Notes: generated from the letters alone by a model not told the origin. Shown: positions 47,032 through 58,563, counted from the first letter of the stretch. The stretch is DNA of 64,000 nucleotides from an uncultured Mollicutes bacterium (GCA_900548675.1 URLJ01000001.1:9012-73011), one strand, 5' to 3'. A program made the numbers and translations.

Positions 47032-47910
47032 ATGAAACAAGGTTTAAATCAAGTTAATATTGAAGGAATTGTATCAGAAATTAATTTAAGAGAAATTGAT
47101 AAAACACAAGAACAAGGCAAAAAATATGTTGCAGGAAACATGGTTGTTCAAGTAACAGATAACGACGGTAAAGTTAATTTTATACCAGTAGATTTTATTT
47201 CAGCTAACATCAAAAAAGATGGAACAGAAAATAAAAATTACGCTAGATTAATGCAATTAAAAGATTTTAATAGTATAGCTAGTGCAGGTATAGATGCCGC
47301 TACAAAAGTTCAAATTAGAAATGCAAGTTTAACAGAAAGTTTATTCTTACCAGCTAATGGAACAGAAGTATTGTCTGCAATGAAAATTAATAGCAATTTC
47401 TTTACAAAAGTAAATGATGCAAATTATACACCTCGTTCAACATTCTCATTAAACGCTTTCATTTTATCAATGGAAGATGAAATAAGAAATGATGAACCAA
47501 CTGGTAGATTAATAATTCAAGCTGCCGTTGTAGGTTATGCAGACAAAGTAGAAATTTTTAAACTAATAGCTGAAAAACAATCTTATATTGATTTTATCAG
47601 AGCTAACTGGAAAGTAGGGGATACAGTTAACGTTGGTGGAAATGTTAGATTTACAGAAGAAACTGTACAAGTAGAACAAGAAGTAGGTTTCGGAGAAGCT
47701 GAAGTTAAAAACTTCACAAAAAGAACAAAAGAATTAATAATCACAAGAGGTTCAACAGGACCTGTTAGTGAAGAAGAAGCTTATTCTGAAGAAGATATTA
47801 AAAAAGCATTATTAGCTAGAAAAGCTAGAATGGAAGAAGTTAAGAAAAAAGCACAAAGTAATACTACAAATACTGTAAACGCCGTAAGTTCAGGAAGTTT
47901 TGACTTTTAG
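47032..47910 (+). CDS. Hypothetical protein, possibly ssDNA-binding (SSB-like)
   Basis: C-terminal ...SGSFDF tail resembles SSB acidic tips; sits in the replication module. Confidence 0.3.
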   Translation: MKQGLNQVNIEGIVSEINLREIDKTQEQGKKYVAGNMVVQVTDNDGKVNFIPVDFISANIKKDGTENKNYARLMQLKDFNSIASAGIDAATKVQIRNASLTESLFLPANGTEVLSAMKINSNFFTKVNDANYTPRSTFSLNAFILSMEDEIRNDEPTGRLIIQAAVVGYADKVEIFKLIAEKQSYIDFIRANWKVGDTVNVGGNVRFTEETVQVEQEVGFGEAEVKNFTKRTKELIITRGSTGPVSEEEAYSEEDIKKALLARKARMEEVKKKAQSNTTNTVNAVSSGSFDF

Positions 47911-47935
47911 TCAAGACTTCTAACGGAGGTATGGT

Positions 47936-48916
47936 ATGATAGATTTATTAAATTTAGAACCTGTAAAAGTTAATAAAGATTTAAAAGGAAAATTTATAAT
48001 GATTTATGGGCAACCAAAAGTTGGTAAAACAACTTTAGCTGCACAATTTCCTAAAAACTTATTATTAGCATTTGAACCAGGTTATAATGCGTTAAATAAT
48101 GCTATGGTACAACCAATTACTCGTTGGGCAGAATTTTTAACCGTTATCAATCAGTTGGCGCGCCCAGAAGTAAAAGAAAAGTTCCATACTATTACAATTG
48201 ATACTTGCGATATTGCATGGGATTATTGTGAAAAATATATTTGTGCTTCTAACCCAAAAGAAAACGGAGACACTCCAAAGAATTTAGCAGAAATTCCATG
48301 GGGTAAAGGATACGACTTATGTAAAAAAGCTTATGATGATGCTTTTAGAAAAATAGCAATGCTAGGTTATGGTTTAGTTTTCATATCTCACGAACAAATG
48401 AGAAATGTTAAAACTGAAAAAGGAGAGGAATATCAAAAGATAATGCCTACTTTACCAGATAGACCAAAACTAATTGTTAATAGATTAGTAGATATAATTG
48501 CTTATTTAAGAGAGTCAATTGAAGACAATAAAAGATATATTTATACAAGAGGAAACGAAAGATTTGAGGCTGGTTCACGTTTCCCATATTTACCAGCTAA
48601 GATAGAAATGTCTTACGAAAGCCTAGTAGATGAATTATATAAAGCTATTGAAAAACAAGCTGAAGTAGATAAAACAGAACTAGGAGAAAAGAGTGAAAAT
48701 GGTTTCTTTAAAGCTGATAGAGACTTTGGAGAAACAATTAATGAGGCAAAGGAAGTGTTTAAAAAGCTTTTAGAGAAAGACAAAGAAAAATATGCTGTTG
48801 AAATGAACAACATAATTTTACAAATATTTGGGAAACCAATAAAAATATCTGAAGCTACTCCAGAACAACAAGAACTTGTTGAACAAGTAATTGAAGAATG
48901 GAAAACACTATTATAA
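47936..48916 (+). CDS. RecA-fold ATPase of the phage AAA_24 / Sak4-like family
   Basis: IYGQPKVGKTTLA Walker A with typical AAA_24 layout. Confidence 0.65.
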   Translation: MIDLLNLEPVKVNKDLKGKFIMIYGQPKVGKTTLAAQFPKNLLLAFEPGYNALNNAMVQPITRWAEFLTVINQLARPEVKEKFHTITIDTCDIAWDYCEKYICASNPKENGDTPKNLAEIPWGKGYDLCKKAYDDAFRKIAMLGYGLVFISHEQMRNVKTEKGEEYQKIMPTLPDRPKLIVNRLVDIIAYLRESIEDNKRYIYTRGNERFEAGSRFPYLPAKIEMSYESLVDELYKAIEKQAEVDKTELGEKSENGFFKADRDFGETINEAKEVFKKLLEKDKEKYAVEMNNIILQIFGKPIKISEATPEQQELVEQVIEEWKTLL

Positions 48917-48920
48917 ATTT

Positions 48921-48948
48921 GAGTAGACTTTAAGTCTACTCTTTTTTA
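48921..48948 (+). terminator. Rho-independent terminator
   Basis: gagtagact-ttaa-gtctactc followed by ttttttat. Confidence 0.8.
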
Positions 48949-48977
48949 TTTGACATTTGACAAAAATTGTGATATAA
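48949..48977 (+). promoter_or_regulatory. sigma70 promoter (TTGACA-17-TATAAT)
   Basis: ttgaca, then tttgacaaaaattgtga, then tataat. Confidence 0.6.
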
Positions 48978-49008
48978 TTATATTAGATAATAATAGAATG
49001 GAGGAAAT

Positions 49009-49494
49009 ATGAAAGTTAAATGTGCCTTTTGTAAAAGCGATACAAACAAAGTAGAAAAAGCAGATGCTATAAGAATTGATGAAAAAAACTTTCATCCAGA
49101 ATGCGCGAAAAAGTATTCAGACAGAAAAGAATTATATGACACAATTTGTCGTATTTTTAATTTAAAGAAGCCAGGACCTAAAAATATACGTTTTGCAGAA
49201 AGATTCGTAGAAGAAGGTATGACTTATTCTGGAATTAACGGAACATTAATTTATTTTTATGAAATTAAAAAACATAGTAAAAATAAAGCCAATGAAGGAA
49301 TTGGTATAGTGCCTTGGGTTTATGAAGAAGCTTCAAAATATTTTAAGGAAAGAAAAATGAGTGAGCAAAGAATTTTAGAAGGAATTGAAAAGAATAAAGG
49401 GCAAGAAACAGAAATTAGATATGTAGAAGTAAAAAAACAAACTGGACCAACAATACAGGTTCAAACTTATAATGATGAAGAATTTGAATGGTAA
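49009..49494 (+). CDS. Hypothetical protein with N-terminal zinc finger
   Basis: CAFCKS ... HPEC. Confidence 0.5.
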   Translation: MKVKCAFCKSDTNKVEKADAIRIDEKNFHPECAKKYSDRKELYDTICRIFNLKKPGPKNIRFAERFVEEGMTYSGINGTLIYFYEIKKHSKNKANEGIGIVPWVYEEASKYFKERKMSEQRILEGIEKNKGQETEIRYVEVKKQTGPTIQVQTYNDEEFEW

Positions 49495-49506
49495 GGAAGT
49501 GATACT

Positions 49507-51141
49507 TTGGCAAGCTTAAGCGATAAAAATGCAATGATGCAGATTTTAGGTTGTTTAATGAAAAATCCGATGTTGCTTGTAGAAAGTAAATATATTCTAA
49601 CCAAAAATGATTTTGATTTACCATTAGCTAAAAATATCTTTTTAGCGGTTTCTAACTTATTTGCAAATTATAAAATGGATACAGTTTCTATTGTTGATAT
49701 TGACAATTATTTTCAACAAGTTGAAAGTCGTTATGAAAATTTTAAAAAACAAAATGGTTTACAATATTTAAATGATTGTATAGCAATTAGCAATTTAAAT
49801 AGTTTTGATTATTATTATGACCGTTTGAAAAAATTAAGTGCTCTTCGCGCGCTTAAAGCAGATGGTTTTGATATTAAGAAAATTTATAACGAAAATGAAA
49901 TTGATTTGGTTAAAGAAAAAAAGCAACAAGAAAAATTAGACAATATGAGTTTGCAAGAAATTTTTGATAGTTTCTTAGAAAATTTAAATGATTTACAATA
50001 TGATTATATTTGCAAAGACGATAGTGAAGAAGGTTTAATTTCAGTTGGTACAGACGCATTGTTTGAAGAACTACAAAAAAATCCTGAAATTGGAATTCCA
50101 CTTCAAGGTAAAATTTATAACACAATTGTAAGAGGAGCCAGATTAAAAAAATATTATTTAATTAGTGGAGCATCTGGAACGGGAAAAACTAGACAAATGG
50201 TTGGTCATGCATGTACAATTGCATTTCCAGAAAGATACGATATTAGAAGTAACAAATGGACTGTAACTGGACAAGGAGAAAAGATTTTATTTTTTGCAAC
50301 TGAAATGGAAAAAGAAGAAATACAAACTATGATTATGGCGCATTTGTCAGGAATAAATGAAGATAAAATTTTAAATAATTTTTATGAAAGTCCAGAAGAA
50401 AAACAGCGCGTTTATGAAGCAATTGAAGTAATGAAACATTATGAAGACAATTTTATTTTTGTTAGAGTAGGAGACCCATCAATTGGACAAATAAAAACTT
50501 TAATTAGAAAAGAAGTTTTAAAATATGGTATTCAATATGTATTTTATGATTATATTTTCAGTAGTCCTGGTTTATTAGGAGAATATAAAGATTTAAATTT
50601 AAGAGAAGATGTTATACTTATGATGACAAGTATTGCATTAAAAGATTTAGCAAATGAACTTAATATTTTTATGATGAGTGGTACTCAACTAAATGATAAA
50701 TGGAAAGATTGGAAAGGCATTCGCGACTATAATTTAATTCGTGGTTCTAAAGCCATTTGTGATAAAATAGATGTTGGTGGTATTAGTTTACCAATTAATC
50801 AAGATGAAGAAGAAATTATAAAAACAATTGTAAATAGTAAAGGTTGTGGAATGCCAACTCAAGTGCAAGATATTTATAAAGTTCGTAGAGGAAAATATAA
50901 TCGTATTAGAATTTGGAGTAGAGTAGATTTAGGAACTTGTAGAACAGAAGATTTATTTTTAACAGACCAAAATAACGTAGAAATTCCAATTGTAATCAAT
51001 GAAACGTTATTCAAAGATGAAATGGGAAGTATAATTAATCAGAAAAATTTAGTTTCTGATAGAAAGGAAGAAACTCAAGAAATTAAAGAATTAAAAGAAC
51101 GAACAGTTGAGAAAGAATTAACTTGGGCAGATTTGATTTAA
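49507..51141 (+). CDS. Replicative DNA helicase (DnaB-like)
   Basis: DnaB N-terminal domain (MQILGCLMKNPMLL); Walker A LISGASGTGKT; RecA-like C-terminal domain. Confidence 0.85.
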   Translation: MASLSDKNAMMQILGCLMKNPMLLVESKYILTKNDFDLPLAKNIFLAVSNLFANYKMDTVSIVDIDNYFQQVESRYENFKKQNGLQYLNDCIAISNLNSFDYYYDRLKKLSALRALKADGFDIKKIYNENEIDLVKEKKQQEKLDNMSLQEIFDSFLENLNDLQYDYICKDDSEEGLISVGTDALFEELQKNPEIGIPLQGKIYNTIVRGARLKKYYLISGASGTGKTRQMVGHACTIAFPERYDIRSNKWTVTGQGEKILFFATEMEKEEIQTMIMAHLSGINEDKILNNFYESPEEKQRVYEAIEVMKHYEDNFIFVRVGDPSIGQIKTLIRKEVLKYGIQYVFYDYIFSSPGLLGEYKDLNLREDVILMMTSIALKDLANELNIFMMSGTQLNDKWKDWKGIRDYNLIRGSKAICDKIDVGGISLPINQDEEEIIKTIVNSKGCGMPTQVQDIYKVRRGKYNRIRIWSRVDLGTCRTEDLFLTDQNNVEIPIVINETLFKDEMGSIINQKNLVSDRKEETQEIKELKERTVEKELTWADLI

Positions 51142-51142
51142 T

Positions 51143-52228
51143 ATGAAAATAAATTTACAAGAATTAAGAGAAAATTTAACAGAAGAGCATATAATATTAA
51201 TTCTCAATAAACTTGGCGCGGAAAGGTATGATAACCGAGAAGATGTGATTATCTTTCCTACAATTTGTCATAATGCTAGAGAAACAGAAGCCTCAATGAA
51301 ACTATATTATTATAAAGATAGTCATATGTTTCATTGTTATACAGAGTGTAATGAAAATTTTGATATTTTTGATTTAATAAAGAGAGTGCGCGAAGTTAAT
51401 CATGAGGAATATAATTTTTATAATACTATATACTCAATTGCCGACTTAGTTCAGTACAACATTTTTGATGTCACCTCTAATGAAAACTACATTAGTATTA
51501 TAGACAAATTTAAAAAAGACAGCGATGAAATAAATTTAATTGAGTATGATAAAATTGTTTTAGATGTATTTCGTTGGAAGCCAGTTGCAGAATGGCTAGA
51601 TGAAGGCATTAGCGAAACAGCGATGAAAAAATTTAATATTTTATATTATGATTATCGCCATAGAATTGTCATTCCTCATTATGATATTGATGGAAGATTA
51701 GTTGGTATTAGAGGAAGAGCGCTAGACCCGATTGAGGCAGAATTATATGGAAAATATGCACCTTTAAAAGTAGAAAATGTTTTATATCGTCATCCGTTAT
51801 CGTTTAATTTATATGGAATTTACGAAAATAAAAAAGATATAATACAATATAAAACAGCCATTATTTTTGAAGGAGAAAAATCAGTATTAAAATTTGGTGA
51901 TTTGTATAATTATAATATAGCTGTAGCTAGCTGTGGAAGTAATTTAAATTTAAAACAAGTTGAATTATTAGTAAAAGAATTGGGAGTAGAAAATATTATA
52001 ATTGCATACGACAAAGAATTTGATAGTTTTGCATCAGTTGAAGCAGAAAATTATTATGACAAATTAACAAAATTATGCCAAAAATATATTAATTATTGTA
52101 ATTTTTATTTCTTATTTGACTTTAATAAATTATTGGATTTAAAAGATAGTCCAATAGATAAAGGAAAAGAAGTTTTTGAGAAATTAATGAAAGGTAAGGT
52201 ACAGGTGAGAGCAAATAATGATTTATAA
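51143..52228 (+). CDS. DNA primase (zinc-ribbon + Toprim)
   Basis: CHNARETEASMKLYYYKDSHMFHCYTEC zinc-binding region; Toprim IFEGEKSV ... D. Confidence 0.7.
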   Translation: MKINLQELRENLTEEHIILILNKLGAERYDNREDVIIFPTICHNARETEASMKLYYYKDSHMFHCYTECNENFDIFDLIKRVREVNHEEYNFYNTIYSIADLVQYNIFDVTSNENYISIIDKFKKDSDEINLIEYDKIVLDVFRWKPVAEWLDEGISETAMKKFNILYYDYRHRIVIPHYDIDGRLVGIRGRALDPIEAELYGKYAPLKVENVLYRHPLSFNLYGIYENKKDIIQYKTAIIFEGEKSVLKFGDLYNYNIAVASCGSNLNLKQVELLVKELGVENIIIAYDKEFDSFASVEAENYYDKLTKLCQKYINYCNFYFLFDFNKLLDLKDSPIDKGKEVFEKLMKGKVQVRANNDL

Positions 52229-53933
52229 ACAAAAAAATAATATAGAAGCAACAGAACATTTTTTAGAAGATTTTTTAAAAGAAAGGAATATTAAAGATTT
52301 ACAAACATTTTTACATCCAACTGCAAATGAATTGCATGATTTTATGTTATTAGATAATATAGTAACAGCTGCACATTGTTTATTAAATCACATTGATAAA
52401 GAAAGCAAGATTTTTATTCAATTAGACAGCGATTGTGATGGTTTTACTTCAGCAGCAATTATTTATTTATATATTAAAAAATTAAAATCTTCAGTAGATA
52501 TATGTTGGCGCGTTCACGATGGAAAACAACACGGTTTAATTGTAGATACTATTCCATCAGATGTTCAATTAGTAATCGCGCCAGATTCAAGTTCTAATGA
52601 TTATGAACAACATAAAATATTAAAAGAGCGAGGAATAGATGTCATTGTACTTGACCACCACATGAGTGATGAAGGCTATAGTAAAAACGCAATAGTAGTC
52701 AATAATCAATTATCAGAAAATTATCCAAATAAAAGCCTATGCGGAGCAGGCGTCACTTATAAATTTTGTTGTTGCATAGACCATATTTTAGGAACTAACT
52801 ATGCAAATGAATTTATAGATTTGGCTGCAGTTGGTATGATAGGCGATATGATGGAACTTTGTGATTTAGAAACGAGATATATTGTAAACGAAGGTTTAAC
52901 TCATATCACTAATTTTGGTATTCAATCAATGGTGGAAAGACAAGCATTTTCAATGGGAAATAAAATTACTCCAATTGGTATAGCATTTTATATAGTACCA
53001 TTAATAAATGCATTAATTAGAGTTGGGACAAATGAAGAAAAAAGAACTTTATTCAAAGCATTGGTAAATCCATTGCAATTATTACCAAGTACGAAAAGAG
53101 GTCATAAAGAAGGAGATACTGAAACAGCTTGCGCGCAAGCAGTAAGAGTTTGTACAAATGCTAAAAATAGACAAGATAGAAGTAAATTAAAAGCATATGA
53201 ACAATTAGATATAAAAGTGCAAAAATTAGGATTGGACCAACATAAAATAATTATTGTTGAAGTAGAAGACGGAGAAGAGTTTGATAACACTTTAACAGGA
53301 TTAGTTGCTATGCAACTTGTAACTAAATATAAAAAGCCCGTTTGTGTAGTAAGAGAAAATTCAGACGGATATTTAAGAGGAAGTGCGCGTGGAGTAAGTC
53401 ATGGACCAATTCCAGATTTAAGACAATTTTTTATGGATAGTGAATATTTTGAATATGCAGTAGGGCATCCTAACGCACACGGAGTATCAATTTATAAAGA
53501 TAAATTAAATTATTTCTTAAAATATGCAGATGAACAATTAAAAGATGTAGACTTCAATGAAAACGTTTATGAGGTAGACTTAGTTATAGATGGAGAAAAT
53601 CCAAATCTAAATAATATTATTTTAGATTTAGGTAATTTAAGTGAAATATGGGGACAAGGAATGGAAGAACCGTTAATTGCAATTGAAAATTTACATTTAA
53701 ATAGTAAAAATATTCAATTAATAGGTGGAGACAAAACTACCGTTAAGTTTGTAATTAATGGAGTAACTTACATTAAATTTAAAGACCAAAATCTAATAGA
53801 TAAATTATTAGCAAATAACACAATGAATATTACTATTTTAGGAAGAGCTAATATAAATGAATGGATGGGTAATTGTACACCACAAATTATTATAGAAAAT
53901 TATGAAATAACTGATACAACATATGAATTTTAG
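52218..53933 (+). CDS. DHH-family phosphoesterase (RecJ-like)
   Basis: QLDSDCDGFTSAAI and VLDHHMSD DHH motifs. Confidence 0.75.
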   Translation: MIYKQKNNIEATEHFLEDFLKERNIKDLQTFLHPTANELHDFMLLDNIVTAAHCLLNHIDKESKIFIQLDSDCDGFTSAAIIYLYIKKLKSSVDICWRVHDGKQHGLIVDTIPSDVQLVIAPDSSSNDYEQHKILKERGIDVIVLDHHMSDEGYSKNAIVVNNQLSENYPNKSLCGAGVTYKFCCCIDHILGTNYANEFIDLAAVGMIGDMMELCDLETRYIVNEGLTHITNFGIQSMVERQAFSMGNKITPIGIAFYIVPLINALIRVGTNEEKRTLFKALVNPLQLLPSTKRGHKEGDTETACAQAVRVCTNAKNRQDRSKLKAYEQLDIKVQKLGLDQHKIIIVEVEDGEEFDNTLTGLVAMQLVTKYKKPVCVVRENSDGYLRGSARGVSHGPIPDLRQFFMDSEYFEYAVGHPNAHGVSIYKDKLNYFLKYADEQLKDVDFNENVYEVDLVIDGENPNLNNIILDLGNLSEIWGQGMEEPLIAIENLHLNSKNIQLIGGDKTTVKFVINGVTYIKFKDQNLIDKLLANNTMNITILGRANINEWMGNCTPQIIIENYEITDTTYEF

Positions 53934-53941
53934 GAGGTTTT

Positions 53942-54514
53942 ATGAAAAAAATTATAATAAGAATTTTAATTTTAACATTACTAATATCAGCAAGTATTTC
54001 TGCATTATATATACACAAACAACAATTGCAAACAGTTGAAACAGACACAAGAATTTTTTATGAAAATCAACTAGAAGAAAAGAATAATCAAATCAATACA
54101 CTTGAAACAGAAAAAATTGCATTAAATCAACAAATTACTGATTTGAATAATACAATTACAGAGCTAAAAACTAAAAAAACAATTACTTCACGCTCAACTT
54201 CAGAAACGCGCGAAGTAGCTACAACAGATAAATGGATTTGGGCAAATGTTAGCGCTTATTGCGCGTGTATGCAATGTTGTGGAAAAACAAATGGAATAAC
54301 TGCATCTGGTACACAAGCAACAGCAAACAGAACAATTGCAGCATCTTCAGTATACCCCTTTGGAACAAAAATCGAAATTGAAGGAATGGGGATATATACA
54401 GTTGAAGATAGAGGTGGAGCAATTACTGGCAATAAAATAGATATATACTTTGATAGCCATCAAGAAGCGCTACAATTTGGTAGACGTAATTTACAAATAA
54501 AAGTAGTTGAATAA
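53942..54514 (+). CDS. 3D-domain protein (MltA-like cell-wall-binding/lytic domain) with transmembrane segment and coiled coil
   Basis: NVSAYCACMQCCGKTNGITASG ... EDRGGAITGNKIDIYFDS. Confidence 0.75.
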   Translation: MKKIIIRILILTLLISASISALYIHKQQLQTVETDTRIFYENQLEEKNNQINTLETEKIALNQQITDLNNTITELKTKKTITSRSTSETREVATTDKWIWANVSAYCACMQCCGKTNGITASGTQATANRTIAASSVYPFGTKIEIEGMGIYTVEDRGGAITGNKIDIYFDSHQEALQFGRRNLQIKVVE

Positions 54515-54545
54515 AAATAAAAATTATGGTATAATTATATTATAA
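54515..54545 (+). promoter_or_regulatory. Extended -10 promoter (TGGTATAAT) with the conserved TATATTATAA downstream box
   Basis: aaattatggtataattatattataatt. Confidence 0.45.
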
Positions 54546-54567
54546 TTAAAGAAAAGGAGGATTTTAA

Positions 54568-57500
54568 GTGAGTTATAGTTCATTACATGTGCATAGTGAT
54601 TATAGTAATATTCGTATGTTAGACTCAATTAATCAATTACCTTTGTTATTCGACAGAGCTAAAGAATTAGGATTAACAGGAATGGCAATTACAGACCACG
54701 AAAGTTTGTCTGGACATATAAAAGCAATGCAATTATTGTCTTCTTTGCGTGAAAAAGCCAAGACGGAGGAAGATAAAAAATATTGGAATGATTTTAAATT
54801 AGTTTTAGGAAATGAAATTTATTTAACAAGAAATGATTTAACTAAAGATAATTATATTAAAGGACAAGATAAATATTTCCACTTTATTTTATTGGCAAAA
54901 GATGCAGAAGGACATAAACAATTAAGAGAATTAAGCTCTCGCGCATGGTCTCATTCTTTTAGACAATTTATTGAAAGAGTGCCAACTTATTATAGAGATA
55001 TTGAAGAAATAATTGGTGCAAATCCAGGACATGTAATTGGCAGTACAGCCTGTTTAGGTTCTAAATTTGCAAATTTAATTAGAGAATATTTAGATAATAA
55101 TCATTCAAAAGAAATTGTGAAAAGAATTGATAATTTTGTTCAATGGTGTCAAACTCAATTTGGAAAAGATAATTTTTATATTGAATTACAGTCTTCTGAA
55201 AGTGATGACCAAAATATTTATAACGAATGTGCATTAGCTTATGCAAAAGCTAGAGGATTAAAAGTAATTATTACAACAGACGCGCATTATATTAAAAAAG
55301 AAGATAGACCTTTACATAAAGCATATTTAAATGCAGGTGAAGGTGATAGAGAAACAGACGCGTTTTATTCAGGAACTTATTTGCAAAGTGTAGAAGATAT
55401 TAAAGGTTATATGAAAAATATTAATTCAAATGATATTGACTGGATGTTAGATAATACAAATGAAATTGCAAATAAAATTGAAGAATATAGTTTATACCAT
55501 AAAGAAATAGTGCCAAAAATAAAATTGGAAAAAGAATTTAATTGTAATCCAATTATTTATGAAAGCGCGCGAAAAAGAGACTATATTTCAAAGTTTATAA
55601 ATTCTGAAAGTGAGCAAGATAAATATTATATAAATGGAATTTTAAATGGTTTAGAAAAGAAAATTTCTCAAGATAAATGGGAAATATATATAGACCAAAT
55701 AAATAAAGAAGTTGCAGAAGTTTGGGAAATTACTCAGAAAATAGGTAATGACTTATCTTCATATTTTAACACAATGGCAAAAGTTGTGGATATTATGTGG
55801 AACGAAGGAGATAGTTTAGTTGGAGTTTCAAGAGGTTCAGCAGGTGGATTTGTAAGTAATTATTTATTGGGAATAACTCAAATGGACCCAATTAAATATG
55901 GAATTGAAAATATGTATTGGAGATTTATTCATAGAGATAGACCTGAATTACCTGATGTTGATACAGATTTTCAAGCTTCAAAAAGACCAAAAGTTACAGC
56001 AGCTCTTAAACAATATTTTGAAAGTATTGGTGGAGAAGTTTATAATATAGCAACATTTGGAACAGAAACTGCAAAAGCTGCATTGCAAACTGCAGCAAGA
56101 GGATTAGGCTATGATAGTGATTTAGGTTTGTATGTTTCATCTTTAGTTCCAATTGATAGAGGTAAAGTAAGAACGTTACAACAATGTTATTATGGAGACG
56201 AAGAAAAAGATTTTGCACCAATTCCACAATTTGTAACAACAATGAATCAATATCAAGATATTTGGGAAGTTGCGCAAAAAGTAGAAGGAACAATATGTCG
56301 TAGAGGACTTCATGCATGTGGGATGTTAATTGTTAATGAAGATTTTTGTGAACATAATGCAATTATGAAAGCTCCAAACGGCACTTTATGTAGTCAATTT
56401 GAATTACACGATAGTGAATTTATGGGTGGAGTTAAATTTGATGCGTTAACAACCGATGCGCTAGATAGAATTAGAACTTGTTTAGACTTGCTTTTAAAAT
56501 ATGGTTATATTGAATGGGAAGAAAATTTAAAAGAAACTTACAACAAATATGTTGGTTTAGAAAATTTAGATTATGAAACAGAGAAAATGTGGAATGAAAT
56601 TGGTGAAAATAAAATTAGTAATTTATTTCAATATGATACTCCGGTTGGTTTGGCAACTGCAAAACAAGTTAAACCTAAAAACACAATGGAATTAGCCATT
56701 GCAAATTCATTAATGAGACTTATGGCGGATGAAAGTGGAGTTATGCCTTCAGAAACTTTTACAAGATATAAAAATAATATTGATTTATGGTATGCTGAAA
56801 TGCATAGATATAGTTTATCAGATGAAGAAATCAAGATAATGGAAAAGCATTTATTGGCTAACTCTGGTGTTTGCGAAAGTCAAGAAGGAATAATGATGAT
56901 TTCAATGGATGAACACATAAGTAATTTTAGTGTTAAAGAGGCAAATAAATTAAGAAAAACAATTGCTAAAAAGAAATTAGCTGAAATAGATAGTATGCAT
57001 GAAATGTTTATGCAGAAAGGGCGCGAAGCTGGTGCGTCAGATAATTTATTAAACTATGTATGGAATGTTCAAGTTAAAAGACAGTTAGGATATTCATTCT
57101 CTGTATTACACTCTTTTGGTTATTCATTAATAGCTGTGCAAGAAATGAATTTAGCATATCATTATCCAACAATTTTTTGGAATTGTGCAAATTTAATTGT
57201 AGACAGCGCAGGAATTGATGAAAATGATGAATTTGTTAATTTAATAGATGATTTTGACCCAGCGACTGAAAACACAGAAGAAACTGAAGAAGAAAATGAT
57301 GACGACGAAGAAATGACTAAAGAAGAGAAGGAAGAAATTAAAAAACAAAATAAAACTGTTAACTATGGTAAAATAGCATCGGCCATTGGAAAAATGATGG
57401 CACTTGGGATAAATGTTGAATTACCAGATATAAATAAATCAGAATTTACTTTTACTCCTGATTTAGATACAAATTCTATTATTTTTGGAATAAAAGGAAT

Positions 57501-58563
57501 TAATAGAATTAATAATGATTTAGCAAAAGCTATTATAGATAACAGACCATTTAATAGTTTACAAGATTTTTTAAATAGAGTTAAAACAAATAAGGTATCG
57601 GCAATTAATTTAATTAAGTCTGGCTGTTTTGATAAGTTAGAAAAACGACCAAGAGAAGAAATTATGAAAGATTATATAGACCAAATTAGCGATAAAAAAC
57701 AAAAATTAACTTTACAAAATATGGCTATGTTAATTAGAGAAAATTGCGTTCCCGAAGAATATAAAACAGAAGTTCATATTTATAATTTTAATAAATATTT
57801 AAAGAACTTTAAAAAAGATATTTATTATATGCTAGATGAACGCGCGTTTAACTTTTATGAAAAAATGTTTGATATGGATTTAGTATCTCAAGATGAGCAA
57901 GGTAATTTTAGAATAAGACAAAATGAATGGGATAAGATTTATAAAAAACAAATGATGGGAATAAAAGAAGAATTAAAAGCAAATCCAGCAATTTTAAATA
58001 ATTTAAATCAAAAATTATTTGATGCAATGTGGAATAAATATGCAGAAGGAACTATTAGTAAATGGGAAATGGATAGCGTATGTTTTTATTATCACGCGCA
58101 TGAACTTGCCAATATTGATAGAGATAGATATTTAATTGAAGATTATACTGATTTAGCTGAAGAGCCAGTTATAGAAAAAATATGGACGACAAAAGATGGA
58201 AAAGAAATTCCTATTTTTAAATTAACTAGAATTTGCGGTACTGTTATTGATAAAAATAAAACAAAAAATATCGTAACTTTATTAACAAATGACGGAGTTG
58301 TAAATTTAAAAATATATAGAGCTCAATTTAGTAAATATGATAAACAAATTTCTGTTAAAGATGAAGTAACTGGAAAGAAAACAATTATAGAACGTTCTTG
58401 GTTTAAAAGAGGAAATAAATTAATGGTTGTAGGAATTAGACGTGGAGATAATTTCGTACCAAAAATGTATAAAAATAATCCTTATTTTACTTATCCAATT
58501 GAATTAATTACAAATATTAATGAAGATGGAGAAGTAGAAGTAGCAGGTGACAGAGCAGGATGA
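54568..58563 (+). CDS. DNA polymerase III alpha subunit (PolC/DnaE-type, PHP domain)
   Basis: PHP motif LHVHSDYSNIRMLDS ... GMAITDHESL; 1331 aa; GTG start. Confidence 0.9.
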   Translation: MSYSSLHVHSDYSNIRMLDSINQLPLLFDRAKELGLTGMAITDHESLSGHIKAMQLLSSLREKAKTEEDKKYWNDFKLVLGNEIYLTRNDLTKDNYIKGQDKYFHFILLAKDAEGHKQLRELSSRAWSHSFRQFIERVPTYYRDIEEIIGANPGHVIGSTACLGSKFANLIREYLDNNHSKEIVKRIDNFVQWCQTQFGKDNFYIELQSSESDDQNIYNECALAYAKARGLKVIITTDAHYIKKEDRPLHKAYLNAGEGDRETDAFYSGTYLQSVEDIKGYMKNINSNDIDWMLDNTNEIANKIEEYSLYHKEIVPKIKLEKEFNCNPIIYESARKRDYISKFINSESEQDKYYINGILNGLEKKISQDKWEIYIDQINKEVAEVWEITQKIGNDLSSYFNTMAKVVDIMWNEGDSLVGVSRGSAGGFVSNYLLGITQMDPIKYGIENMYWRFIHRDRPELPDVDTDFQASKRPKVTAALKQYFESIGGEVYNIATFGTETAKAALQTAARGLGYDSDLGLYVSSLVPIDRGKVRTLQQCYYGDEEKDFAPIPQFVTTMNQYQDIWEVAQKVEGTICRRGLHACGMLIVNEDFCEHNAIMKAPNGTLCSQFELHDSEFMGGVKFDALTTDALDRIRTCLDLLLKYGYIEWEENLKETYNKYVGLENLDYETEKMWNEIGENKISNLFQYDTPVGLATAKQVKPKNTMELAIANSLMRLMADESGVMPSETFTRYKNNIDLWYAEMHRYSLSDEEIKIMEKHLLANSGVCESQEGIMMISMDEHISNFSVKEANKLRKTIAKKKLAEIDSMHEMFMQKGREAGASDNLLNYVWNVQVKRQLGYSFSVLHSFGYSLIAVQEMNLAYHYPTIFWNCANLIVDSAGIDENDEFVNLIDDFDPATENTEETEEENDDDEEMTKEEKEEIKKQNKTVNYGKIASAIGKMMALGINVELPDINKSEFTFTPDLDTNSIIFGIKGINRINNDLAKAIIDNRPFNSLQDFLNRVKTNKVSAINLIKSGCFDKLEKRPREEIMKDYIDQISDKKQKLTLQNMAMLIRENCVPEEYKTEVHIYNFNKYLKNFKKDIYYMLDERAFNFYEKMFDMDLVSQDEQGNFRIRQNEWDKIYKKQMMGIKEELKANPAILNNLNQKLFDAMWNKYAEGTISKWEMDSVCFYYHAHELANIDRDRYLIEDYTDLAEEPVIEKIWTTKDGKEIPIFKLTRICGTVIDKNKTKNIVTLLTNDGVVNLKIYRAQFSKYDKQISVKDEVTGKKTIIERSWFKRGNKLMVVGIRRGDNFVPKMYKNNPYFTYPIELITNINEDGEVEVAGDRAG